Positions 38,331 through 50,780 of a DNA stretch of 64,000 bases are shown here, piece by piece. Location: the NCBI RefSeq assembly GCF_030144855.1, contig NC_082722.1, forward strand, positions 31,930,001 to 31,994,000, read 5' to 3'. The notes beneath the pieces were generated by a model. That model was not told where the DNA came from, did no database searches, and worked only from the letters and a program-made list of their open reading frames with translations. The first letter of the stretch is position 1, and every line of letters begins with the position of its first letter. The translations under genes and the position numbers were made by a program. Source of the DNA: Hypanus sabinus. Its lineage: Eukaryota.

Positions 38331-39654
38331 TGAAATAATTGGTTCCTACTGGTGAATGAGTTTCTTCAAAAATGAGTACTGATTCCTCCACATTAAAGCT
38401 AACTTGTTTCTCATTTCCTGTGTTCTGACAGAGTCTGAAAATATAACCCCGTTTTGAAAATTTAACCCTAGTTCTTGTTCCAGCGTCTTCTGCTTTAATT
38501 TAACTCCTCTAAGTTAGCTTCGAGGACATGGCTATGACTATATTATTACACGGAGTGTTTATAATTAGGAGAGGCAAAGATAAGGATGACAATAACAGCC
38601 TTTTACCCAGCATAGCAGTTTTCAAAATTATGGGTAACATATATAGGATGAGAGGAAAACAATGTAAAAGGGACCTGAGGGGCAACCTATCTACATTGAG
38701 GTTGGTGAGTATATGAATGAGGTGCCAAAGGAAGGTACAATAGCATAATTTAAGAAGTACTTGGATGAAGGATAAGGGCAGAAGGCAGGATGTTGGGACT
38801 AATTGAGTGGGCAGAGTGGTTGGCATGGAATCATTGGGCTGAAGGCCCTATATCTGTGCTATATTGATCTATGACTCTATGCTCCTAATGAATCTTTGCC
38901 ACATCTTTAGTCTAAGTGTACATAAGTCGTTGGTTTACTGTTATTATTAATATTTTAATCACAAAAGTAATTATTTATTGAGCTGACTCAACTGGAGGAG
39001 TGCCAAAATCATTCTGTTTGAACAGCAATCAACTTGAAGCAACAGACCAGATGGCAAAATTGTTGTCAGCACTTCCCATTTTTCAGAGCTGGTAGTGCAT
39101 GTAGCGATATCGGATGATGCCAATGACAGGTCATTGCAATGAAGCCTGAGGCACCTTCCGCTAGGTAACTGCCCCCTGTAACTTTGGTCTACTAATAAGC
39201 ATCCCCACCCCTTTCCCTCAATGAGTGACCAAACATCTGTGTCACCTCACTGTCTAATTCCTATGATCACCTACTCACAATTATTATAGGATCAAGCATC
39301 CCCTCATCACCTGTTTGACAGTCCCATCCTCAAGATAATTTGTCCAGCTTCTAACCAATGCAATTATCAGTCATAACTTCTACCTCTGCTCTCTCCCCGA
39401 TCCTGTGTGACATTTCCTCCAAATCACTTGCTCTGCAATGAGGGAAATCACAAAGATACTGTACCATGCATCTTATCTTGGATCTTGTATGTGGTTGAAT
39501 ATCGGGGGCAAGAAAATCTTAAGGCAAATTTGGCTTATGAGCTACAAGTTCACTGTTGTTGCTCAAAGGCAAAGGTGGGAACATTCAAACAACACACACA
39601 AAATGCTGGTGGAACACAGCAGGCCAGGCAGCATCCATAAGGAGAAGCACTGTC

Positions 39655-39682
39655 GACGTTTCGGGCTGAGACCCTTCGTCAG
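39655..39682 (-). ncRNA. Minimal hammerhead-ribozyme core within a short Penelope-derived repeat (~39586-39685)
   Basis: CTGACGA-A-GGGtctcagCCC-GAAACGTC on the minus strand; the repeat is flanked by a ggaacatt duplication. Confidence 0.6.
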
Positions 39683-40357
39683 GAACATTAAACATGTTAA
39701 CGAATTCTAACTCAAAGACTTAATGTCAAACTGTGTCATCAGTTTTCATGTTTGACTGGAAGCTAAAATGAAATCAAACTGCACAGGGTCAAAACAGAAT
39801 CCAGTTTCGAATTCTGGAAGAATTCAGATTGAGACCTGTTTTATTAAGAAAACTTGATAAGCTGAATGGCCTAATTTTGCTCCTGTGTCTTATAGTCTGA
39901 ATTAAAATGTGAGAACATGGCCTTGCTGATTAGGCACCTTCAAACAACGAATGTAAAATTGTGGTGTTAAATAGGAATACCACAAAATGCCACAATGATT
40001 GGTAGAAAGCCTACTACCCTAACACAGCCATTCTGAGCATCTGAAGTCTTTCATCTGTTTAGAATTCTCTTTAGTGCCGTCTGTCTAACCTCATTGCATT
40101 TCAACTCTCTCTCAGAACTGTGAAGAACAGTCCATACCTACTTGACATATGAAGAATTTGCTCTTATTAACTGGTGGCCACCAAACAAAATATTTGACCA
40201 TCATCTGTTCACGTTAGATCATTTGAGGTTGGTACAAATTTAACTATTAGGAAGCTGGTTTGCTGTCACAGCATTCTGATATCTGATCGGATATTTGTCG
40301 TCATCATCGTCAACATTTTAAGAACGTTTTGAATTCTAGATTCAATTAATGTGACTG

Positions 40358-40363
40358 TTTATT
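40358..40363 (-). terminator. Candidate GALR1-like polyadenylation signal AATAAA
   Basis: About 65 nt after the stop codon. Confidence 0.45.
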
Positions 40364-40427
40364 CCAACTAGAAGTGCATGCCTACGAGCTGTGAACTTAG
40401 CCAGCATTCAGGCTGAAGGCAATGCTT

Positions 40428-40745
40428 TCAAGGGTGTGCTTTTGAATTGTTTGTAGAAAAGGTATCCATGCGAATCCTTACGACTTTTTTCTCAATGGGA
40501 CGTGGGAAAAGGAAATTGCACACAAAGACCTGATGGCAGGATTTCTGAAAATTTTCCGAAAGAAATGCATATATTATGGGGTTCACACAGGAATACCCAT
40601 ACACCATGCAGTGGGAGATAATTCTGAATGCTAACGATGCATCGGTTAGAGGGAAACTTCCAAATTGTACCCACATGGTTATGATGTGGTCAGGCAACCA
40701 AGAAAGAAGAAACACAACAACGACTAGCATGACCATCTGGGCAGT
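40428..40745 (-). CDS. GALR1: Galanin receptor 1-like (GALR1b/GALR1L), exon 3 (TM6, TM7, C-tail)
   Basis: ctctctccgcag|ACT GCC CAG: TAQMV...SWLPDH...FPLT..S.AFRIISHC...NPIIYAFLSENF...stop. Same exon boundary as vertebrate GALR1. Confidence 0.93.
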   Translation of the reverse strand, partial: TAQMVMLVVVVFLLSWLPDHIITMWVQFGSFPLTDASLAFRIISHCMVYGYSCVNPIIYAFLSENFQKSCHQVFVCNFLFPRPIEKKVVRIRMDTFSTNNSKAHP

Positions 40746-43700
40746 CTGCGGAGAGAGTAAAAAAGAAATAGAATTTATTTTCAAAGTTACTGCGATAAAA
40801 TACATACATTGAGATCTCAATTATATTATTCAGCTGTAATTAATCCTTTGCTCTGTATCATTTCTATGTAGATTACCTCAACTGTTTTCATCATTCACAT
40901 TGTACATGCTTTGATTCAGTTTTTAAAAGGAGCTTTCAGAAAGTTTTGGTTTTCTCAAAAAGTTTTCACTTTAAGAGATAAAATGTTGAAAATTACTTTA
41001 TGCGCATTAATATTTGGTGGGGTCTCTCGTACTTTAAAGACATTGTTTCTACCATGCTTGCAATTTAGTTGAAGACCATCACACAAATCAGGGCTATGTT
41101 TATTGAGCTTCATTTGTGATTATGGTCTCATTAAGACACCTTAGTCATCATGGATAAGCTGGGCCATAAGATCTACTTCTGTACTGAATGACTCCAGTAG
41201 TCCAGGAGTTAGTGATTCAGATTCTTTCACTGGAGACCTGATTGCCACTCACTCCACCTTGCAGATGGGCAGGAGAACGGATACCCGCAGCACAACGGGT
41301 CCTATGGAGCTGGGTAATGGAAAATTAGCACAGTTTCCAAAACTCTGCAGGGGACAATGTGAGATATGATCCACCCTACAGGACTGAAGGGTCTTGGCCC
41401 AAAATGTCAGCCATACTCTTCCATAGGTGATGCCTGGCCTGCTGAGTTCCTCCAACATTTTGTATGTGTTGCTTGGATTTGCAGCATCTGCACTTTTACT
41501 ATTGTTTGTGACTTCTTACAGAAGAAAAGTTCAACAGTTGAAAAGAGGACTTGTTATACTCTGGAACTTCTAATCTATGCCTCCATTTGGTGCTATTTAA
41601 TGAGCTCAAGAGACTAATTTAAACATTGAAAAATAAGTTAAGGTTGTATCCGGTGAAACACTCCTATATCTTCATTCTGAAAGATGTCTGGTTAAATTAT
41701 TTTTAATGTTTCTCGGTGGTGATACACCTAACCTGTCGGAAAAGAAAGTGAGAAAGAAAAAAAGATGATATATCATCAGATTAAAATAATTTAATGTGTG
41801 AAAGCAGATTTGGTAGTATTTACACATGCAGAGCCTTTGACATGTTCCGTGACACTGATTTGACTTGAATGCATCCTTGGGCAAATATCCACAGTGAGAA
41901 GCAATACATCATTAGATGTAAATAGGGAACTTATTAAAAGGCACAGTCTGGTTTTACTTATCACTTTTACATAGGTTGAATGAATGAAAAGAGCTAAACA
42001 GCATCGACCTGGACAAAAAGGTTTTAATCTTCAAAAGATAAAAACTGAAAAATAAATCAGAAAACAGATTTCCTTTTATGACGGGCAGGCAAGAGCCTGT
42101 GGTGAAAGGATTTTGCCTGGTTCATTAGCTAAATTCAGTAATACTTCTCTCTCCAGTTCCATGGCAAAAGAAATAATGGCTAACCTGGTTGGAGGCATTA
42201 TAACTGGTACCAAACTTAATGCTCATCTATGCTGCAAAATAAAAGACTGCTGGGAGATCTCAACAGGGTGAACAGGATCTGTCGGGAGAAAGGATTTGTT
42301 GATATTTCAGGTTGAGGCCTTACATTGGCACCTGATGCAAGGTGTTCAACTGAAATGTCAACAGTTCCTTTCCCCCAACAGATGTTGCTCAATTCACTAA
42401 GTCCCTCCCAGAGTTTGCTTTTATTTGTTCCAGATTCCAGCATCTGGAGTATCTTGTATTCCTTATTTTTGCTGCCCCTTTATGGCACCATTAAGAACTT
42501 AATCAAATTATTGGAACTCAGCTTAAGGCCCTTGCTCAATACCTGTGATAGCTTGAGCTGCCCTCTATGCAGTATGTGCAGCAAATGCTACAATGACAAA
42601 ACTAAAGAAATATGTGAGTCTTACAGGAAAGAAGGATAGGTAACTAAAGATTACAGTTATTTTTATGCAGCTGTGGTATTATTCTGACACACAATGATAT
42701 TGACTTTTAAATAACACCAAGTCCTATATATTCCTCCTCATCTTTTATGTGGGCAAGAGCATTTGAGGGCACCAGTTTAGGACCACATTTAGAACAAAAT
42801 AGTTGGTTAAACACATTCACTGCCTTAAGTATTCACTCCATCCGTTACAGTGGCTGTAATGAACACCGTCCACAGAATGCACTGGAGCAGGTCTTTTCAA
42901 TAGCATTTCCAAATCTTAAGAAAAACAAGGCCACCAACTTTAAAGTCACTAATTTGGTATATCTTCATCCTTTCAGTGTTGCTGAAACAAAATCTTGGAA
43001 CTTCCTGCCCAAACATCATGCAAAAACCTTCCCCGGAATGACAGTGGTCTAATAAGGTGGATCAACAGCATCTCATTGAGAGTAATTTGCTGACTTCGCA
43101 ACAACTATCACATCGCATTTATATTATTGTGTTATCAGCACTATTCCAGGTTTCCATGTCTGCACCAGCCTTTCTGATTGGTTAATAAAGGTTTTCACAT
43201 ATAATTAATTATACTAATCCTGCCCATACACATAAAATTTGGGTTAACTTGATCTATGTCTTGGATGACAATGTCCCAGATGAGCTGGAGATCAAAATGT
43301 TGATACATCAGATCTCATGCACCACCTGGAGCGGGTGGCAGAGCCTCAAGGCTTCTAGAAGAGGAGCAGGAAGAGTGTGACAAGGCCCCTAGCAGGTTCA
43401 GAGTAGCATTGTCACTCAAATCAGCCCATCGACTCTGCGAAGAATTAAGTGCAGTTTTACCAGAATCTGTAATTATTTGCTAACTTTGAACTATATTTAA
43501 TGATTATTATTGTCGGAAATTGTCAGAATTGTATTAACTGATCTTTTGTAGCATCAAGCTGCTAGTGTTGTTCACAGTTTGGGCCTTGAGGTGCCCAAGA
43601 CCTACTCGCTGTGTTTATTCCCAGGATGAATGTCAGGTGTGAGAGCCCAGCTCGGTTGGTATCGCCCAATCGGTCCCCCAGCTGCAGTGCAGCTGTGTGG

Positions 43701-44272
43701 TGCAGCGACAAATCTGAAAAATTATGTGGTTCCTGCATTAACCTGCTTATTATAAGTATGCTAGTATAAAAAGGCACAGTATGAACAGGGTAGAAAGTTC
43801 AATGACTGATGGAGATCAGATGGAAAAGCTATTAGAACAAATTAACCATGATGAACAAAGTAGTCACAGTGCATATGCATTGTGACAGTTTAAATTGCCC
43901 AAAGGTATTTGATTAATAGCTGTTCTGGGAAAATTAGATAATCCATATGCATTTCTGAGATTAAAATAGCGAGCGATCTAATTGAGCAATTGAACACAAG
44001 AGCCTGTGGTGGGAATATGAGACATGTATGTATCAGTCTGGACTTCATGGCCAGCTGTGAAGTGCTCAAACTCACTACAGATACAGTATACAAATAAGAG
44101 CAAAGAATACGTACACAACGCTGGAAGAACTCAGCAGATCAGGCAGCATCCATGAGAAAAGAATAGCCAACGTTTCGGGCCAAGACCTGAAGCCCAGTAA
44201 TAGAGATAGTGGAGGGGTTAGGGCCATAAGAGCAATTTGGCTTGGCTCTGTCTACATATTTCTTTTTTTTTT

Positions 44273-44437
44273 CTTGGGGAGAGCGCGAATGCAGTCCCCC
44301 ACTACCAGAAATTTTGCAGTCGAGTATCCCGCATTTGGGGACATCGCAGGCATCAGCACACCCGAAGTGCAATGGGATAGCCTCGTCCTGGGAGAACCGC
44401 CTTCATGATCACGGTCTCTCCCCTGCCAGGTAAATAT
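44273..44437 (-). pseudogene. RNU1: Full-length U1 snRNA retrocopy (processed pseudogene)
   Basis: ATATTTACCTGGCAGGGGAGAGACCGTGATC...CCATTGCAC...AATTTCTGGTAGTGGGGGACTGCATTCGCGCTCTCCCC, then an oligo-A tail. TSD acatatttctt on both sides; no PSE or 3' box evident. Confidence 0.92.
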
Positions 44438-45429
44438 ACATATTTCTTAAATATTTTATCTTCTATATCAATCCAATTTATTTTGAAAACTACAATTTTT
44501 GTACTTCCATCACACTTTCAGACCTTGCACTCCATATCCAGACAAGCCTTTGAATTGCTCTCTGTTGTATCTCTACTGAAAGTCTTCATTTAAAAGTGTC
44601 ATTAAAACTGTGTCCTATGGTTCTCAACACTTTCACCAATGGGAAAAATTCGTTCTTGTCCACGTTGTTAGAAAAACTCCGATAATCCAGCACCACTGGG
44701 TCTTTGGGAGTGCTGGATTAGTGAAATTTCATTTTATTGGCTGTTATTTCCATCAAAGCATCAACACACTTCTATTTCACAATTTTTGCACTTTACCCAT
44801 TGACATAAAGTTTCCAGCGAATGACATGAAGGGAGTGGCAATTATAGTACTCTGGAGACCAGTTCCAGCTCTGAACTGACAAGTGTTCCTTACCAGAGAT
44901 AAGAGCCCAACATTGGTTTCAACCTGTGGTCCAGATCTCTTGCTCAGCCATATTTTGGCTGCATTCCCTGCTTGCACTCTGGACCCTGGCTCATACTTTG
45001 TATTAATGAGCGAGACAGACAGTGGACCATCATCATTTCCAAACCATTGGATTTCACATTATCGTAGTTTCATTATATTTTAGTTTAATGATGATTTTGA
45101 ACATTTCTGTCAAATCTCTTCTCAATTTTCTCAGCTCTAAGAGAAATTCCAAATTGTTCATGTTTATCCATAATACCAGCAAAATCTCTGGTGTATTCTC
45201 TTCATAATTTTTTAATACTTCCTATTGTGTGATACTTGGTAATGGAACTAGTTTTATTGGAAATTTAGCATAATGTTCTAGTGTTGTTCATTATGCCTCA
45301 ATTTCCAAAGATCAGGATCTTGACAGCTGTGCTGTCTGCCACATTCAGAGATTTCTTGTAGTGCCTTTGGAATTATATTCTTCATATTATATTGCCTATC
45401 TCCATTTAGTATTAAACTGATATTATATA

Positions 45430-45866
45430 ATGAGATGAAAGGATTCACAAAGATGATTCCGGGAATGAAAGAGTTATCATACGAGGAGCATTTGGTGGTT
45501 CTGGGCTTGTATTCACAGGAGTTCAGAAGAATGCGGGAAGATCTCATTGAAACTTATTCATTGTTGAGGGCACAGCCTCAGAATAAAGGGACATCCATTT
45601 AGAATGAAGATAAGGTGGAATTTATTGGCCAGAAGATGATGAATCGGTGGCACTTGTTACCAGAGACAGCAGTGGAAGCCAGGACATTGTGTTTATTTAA
45701 GGCAGAGGTTGATAGGTGCTTGATTTGTCAGGGCATGAAAGGTTATGGAGAGAAGTCGGGAGAAAGGGGTTGAAAGGAAAAACAGATCAGCCATTATGAA
45801 ATGGTGGAGCAGGCTTGATGGGCTGAATGGCCAAATTCTGCTCTGCTCTCTCATTGTCTTATGGTC
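45430..45866 (+). mobile_element. CR1 LINE 3' fragment followed by a Penelope-type pyrimidine-rich tail (to ~46110)
   Basis: Similar to the 3' end of 26920-30080. Confidence 0.75.
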
Positions 45867-46169
45867 ACTACCTATCACCTCCCAGCTTCTCATATCACTG
45901 CCCACCCCATCCACTCACCTACCTTCCCCCTCACCTATCACCTGCCCCACCATCTCATTCTGACATCTGTCCTCTTCCTTTCCAGTCATGCTGAAGGTTT
46001 TCACAGGAACCATCGACTGTTTATTTCCCTCCATAGACGCTGCCTGACTTGCTGAGTTTCTCCAGAATTTTGTGTGAGTTCATTCAGATTTCCAACATCT
46101 GCAGAACCTCTTGAGCAAAGGACCATGTTTGCATTACAGTTTATCTTCTTCTTTGATGTCAATGTTTTA

Positions 46170-46555
46170 ATTATTATCCTCTACACATGCTAGTATCATG
46201 GGCTCTTAACTTGTTAAGCAGCCTCATGTGCAGCACCTTATCAAAGGCCTTCTGAAAATCCAAGTACACAACATCAACTGAATCTCCTTTGTCTATCCTA
46301 CTTGTTATTTCCTCAAAGAATTCCAACAGATTTGTCAGGCAAGATTTTCTTTTAAGGAAAGCATGCTGACTTTGGCTTCTTTTATCATGTGCCTCCATGT
46401 ACCTAGAGACATCATGTTTAACAATCAACTCCAACATCTTCCCAATCACTGAGGTCAGGCTAACTGGACCATAATTTCCTTTCTTCTGCCTCCCATTCTT
46501 CTTGAAGAGCGGAGAGAAATTTGCAGATTTCCGGTCCTCTGGAACCCTGCCAGAC
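46170..46555 (-). mobile_element. CR1 LINE RT fragment
   Basis: SQHAFLKRKSCLTNLLEFFEEIT...DVVYLDFQKAFDKVLH. Confidence 0.85.
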
Positions 46556-47449
46556 CCTGGGACTGAAGAAGAAGTGATTGTTTAAGAGGTATAAGGTACC
46601 TCCTTACTTTTTCTCTTCTCCTCCTTGGTTCTCATGACCTGCCCATCACCTCCCTCTGGTTCCCCACCTCCTTCCTTTCATTTCATGGTCCACTGTCCTC
46701 TCCTATTAGATTCCTTATTCAGCTCTTTACCTATCACCTCTCAGCTTGTCATATCATCCCCCTTGCCCACCTACCCACTTGCGCCTCACCAGGTCTCACT
46801 GATCACCTGCCTCCTTCCCCTCCCACCCCACCACCCTCTTATTCTGGCTTCTGCCCTCTTCCTTTCCAATCCTGATGAAGGGTCACAGCCCAACACGAGT
46901 ACGGTTTATACCCCTCCATAGATGTTGCCTGAATTGCTAAGTTCCTCGAGCATTTTGAGTGTGGTACTTCTCTTTCTCAGAGTTCACCTGCAGTGTACTA
47001 ATCATACAGGTAAAACCATTTTGTGGTGGTCTTGCTGTTGTCTTTGTTAGGTCTATGCCTTCCTACTGATTTTGGCATCATCAGACTTCCAGAGCTTGGC
47101 AGCTATATCTGACCTTTCTGTGACCTGTTTATCAAAAAGAAATCATGCTGCGTTTAATACAGGTTCCACCCAATGTCCAGAGATCCCCTAACTTCTCCAA
47201 TATGTGGGGAAGTTGTAACATAATTGCATGATATCTTGCTTTGGTCTCAAAGTGATTGCAGTAAGATTCATTCAATACTCATTAGTCAATCCGAATTCTT
47301 ACCAGTTGATCTTGTGGTTAGGATTGACATTTGGGAGGGAGGATCTAAATACAATAAAACTTCATTAAAATGTTATCAGATAATGGTTAACTTTATTTGT
47401 CATATGTTCAAATAAAAAACATGTCCAAATAAATAAAGAAATAAAAAGT

Positions 47450-48080
47450 TTGCAAAGAATTGGCAAGACATCTAAAACTTGGACCTATTTCTATTGAGTA
47501 TATTCATCAGTTGCATCACGGCCTGTTATGGAAACACCAATGCCCTTGAAAGAAAAATCCTACAAAAAGTGGTGGATACGGCCCAGTCCATCATGCAAAA
47601 AGCCCTCCCCACCATTGAGCACATCCACACGGAGTACTTCTATTGCAGAAATCAGTATCCGTCATGAAGGATCCCCACCAGTCAGGCCATGCTCTCTTCT
47701 TGTTGCTGCCATCAGGAAAAAGATACGAGAGCCTTAGGACGCACACCATCAGGTTCAGGAACAGTTATTACCCCTCAACCATCAGGCTCACAAACCAGAA
47801 GGGATAACTTCACTCGCCCTATCAACCTAGGGACTCTGTTCCAAGGACTCTCCATCTCATGTTATTGATATTTATTGCTTAAGTATTTATTATTATGATT
47901 ACATTTTCCATTTCCTTTGTATTTTCAGTTTGTACATTGGTTGTTGTCCATTATGTTGAGTGTGATCTTTCATTGATTCTACTGTGTTCCTTGGATTTAT
48001 TGTGTATATCGCAAGAAAATGAATCTTAGGGTTATATATAGTGACACATATGTACTTCGATAATAAATTAACTTTGCATT
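47450..48080 (+). mobile_element. Rex/Babar-like LINE 3' fragment
   Basis: SCITACYGN...LQKVVDTAQSI...LPTIEHI; same tail as 11760-12200. Confidence 0.75.
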
Positions 48081-48139
48081 TTGTACTTTTGTACATTGGA
48101 ACATACAGCTCAGTGCTTCAATTGTGTCAATGACCAATC

Positions 48140-48410
48140 AGTCCGAACATGTGGCCGCAATTGTCACCGCGCTTCTGGCATCAACATAGCAAGCCCACAA
48201 CTTACTAAACCTTGCTAATCCATACGTCTTTGGGATGTGACATAAACCGGAGCACCCGTAGGAAACCCACATGGTCACGGGGAGAAGGTACCAACTCCTT
48301 ATGGACAGCAGTGGGAAATGAACACCCATCATTGATCACTGGTGTTGTAACAGCTTTATGCTAACCATTCCACTACTGTGTTACCCTCTACTCTACTGTG
48401 CTGCCCTAAA
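48140..48410 (-). mobile_element. V-SINE (HE1-like) copy
   Basis: Minus-strand V-domain-like ttctccccgtgaccatgtgggtttcctacgggtgctccggttt. Confidence 0.65.
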
Positions 48411-48489
48411 ATAAACAGAACCATTGCCAGACTCAATGAGATGTAAGTGCTGTTGCTGCAAAGAATACTATTCTAATTCATACTGTGTG

Positions 48490-49010
48490 TAGAGAGCTCC
48501 GGTTCAAAGTTGCCGCACAAGTTGATAGACTGGGGAAGGCATATGATGTATTGCCTTTCATTAATCAGGGGACTGAGTTCAAGAGCGAGGTAGTGTTGCA
48601 GATGTATACTCTGGCTGAACAACACTTGGAGTTCTGTGTTCAGTTCTGGCCACCTCGTTATAGGAAGGATGTGGAAGCTTTAGGGCATGCAGAGGAGATT
48701 TACTAGGATGCTGCCTGGTTTGGAGGCCATATCTTATGAGGGTAGGTTGAGTGAGCTGGGGCTCTTTTCCTTGGAGCAAAAGAGGGATGAGAGATGACTT
48801 GATGGAGAGTACAAGATGATAACAGGCACCTATTAAGTAGATAGCCAGAGACTTTATCCAAGGTTGGAAATAGCTAGTACAATGGACATAAATTTAAGGT
48901 GATTGGAGGAATAGGTATAGGGGGAATGTCAGATGTAGGTTTTTTAAACAGAGAGAGGAATGGCGGGTGTGGTGATAGAAGCAGATATGTTACAGTCATA
49001 TAAGAATCTC
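48490..49010 (+). mobile_element. CR1-type LINE 3' fragment
   Basis: HLEFCVQFWPPRYRKDVEAL remnant. Confidence 0.75.
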
Positions 49011-49127
49011 CTGCAGCTATTAACCCATGTGAACTTTTACCATTAACACAATCTAATAATGAACATTGACAGCAATATTGCTATAGAATTATCAAATGAA
49101 GCAGCACTAATAAGCATTCTCATGGCA

Positions 49128-49647
49128 TAATCAGTGGTTACTTTATTAGATATCTTCTGTATCTTCATGGTCTTCTGCTGCTGTAGTCCATCCACTTCAA
49201 GGTTCAATGTGTTGTGCCTTCAGAGAGCCTCTTCTGCACACCACTGTCGTCGTGTGTGATTATTTGAGTTTACTGTCAGCTAGAACCAGTCTGGCCATTC
49301 TCTTCTGACCTCTCTCTAAGTAACATGGTGTTTTTGCCAATAGAACTGCCATTCATTGTATGTTTTTTTTGTTTTTCACACCTTTCTCTAGAGACTGTTC
49401 TGTGTTGAAATCCCAGAGATCAGCAGATTCTGAGATACTCAAACCACCCCATCCGGCACCAACTTTCATTCCACGGTCAAAGTCACTTAGATCAGATTCC
49501 TTCCCTACTCATGTCTAGTCTGAACAACAACTGAACCTCTTGACCATTTTTGTATGCTTTTATGCATTGAGTTGCTGCCACAAGGTTGCCTGATTATATG
49601 TGTGCATTAATGAGCAGGTGTACCTAATAATGTGGCTTCTGAGTGTA
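49128..49647. mobile_element. Tc1/mariner-type non-autonomous element
   Basis: Degenerate TIRs tcagtggttactttattag / ctaataatgtggcttctgagtg-TA; inverse of 7160-7656. Confidence 0.6.
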
Positions 49648-50143
49648 ACTGACTGACTTCAGAATCACTTAATTTCAATGTGGTCATCTATTTAACTTAT
49701 TGTCTTTTGGATCATCACTTAAATATTTTTCATCAACTGTCTAATAGCTGTGTTATTTTGAAATTATTAGCAAAATTAATTCATAAATTAATGACAGATG
49801 AAATTTCCTATTTAAGTGAGATTGCCTTTGGAATTAGAATTTCATTCAATTATTTAAAAAATATTTATGGGATGATCTCAATTGTTCTTGAATTGGTGAT
49901 GATAAGCCACATTCTCCAACCATTCTAACTCTCCCACAGAGATTTTGGTTGACATATTCCAGACTTTATATCCAGGAACACTGATATATTTCCAAGAGGG
50001 GATATACCGTATATGACAGAGGGAAACTTACTGTGCAAGTGATATATTATGCAACATTTTGGTTTTTGTACACACATACATCTACAGCTCTTTCAGAATA
50101 ACGTGAGAAATAGGGAGGTTTGCCGTTGATTGATAGTCAATAT

Positions 50144-50780
50144 CATAGAAACATAGAAACATAGAAAATCGGTGCAGGAGTAGGCCATTCGACCCTTTGA
50201 GCCTGCACCGCCATTCAATATGATCATGGCTGATCATCCAACTCAGAACCCTGTACCTGCTTTCTCTCCATACCCCCTGATCCCTTTAGCCACAAGGGCC
50301 ATATCTAACTTCCTCTTAAGTATGGCCAATGAACCAGCCTCAACTGTTCCCTGTGGCAGAGAATTCCACAGATTCACCACTCTCTGTGTGAAGACGTTTT
50401 TCCTCATCTTGGTCCTAAAAGGCTTCCTCTTTATCCTTAAACTGTGACCCCCTTGTTCTGGACTTCCCCAACATCGGAAACAATCTTCCTGCATCTAGCC
50501 TGTCCAATCACTTTAGAATTTTATACGCTTCAATAAGATCCCCCCTCAATCTTCTAAATTCCAGTGAGTATAAGCCTAGACGATCCAGTCTTTCTTCATA
50601 TGAAAGTCCTGCCATCCCAGGAATCAATCTGGTGAACCTTCTCTGTACTCCCTCTATGGCAAGAATGTCTTTCCTCAGATTAGGGGACCAAAACTGCACA
50701 CAATATTCTAGATGCAGTCTCACCAAGGCCTTGTACAACTGCAGTAGAACCTCCCTGCTCCTGTACTCAAATCCTTTTGC
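50144..50780 (-). mobile_element. Relatively young CR1 LINE 3' end
   Basis: [41 protein letters not shown]...; terminal octamer repeat (catagaaa)x3. Confidence 0.9.
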
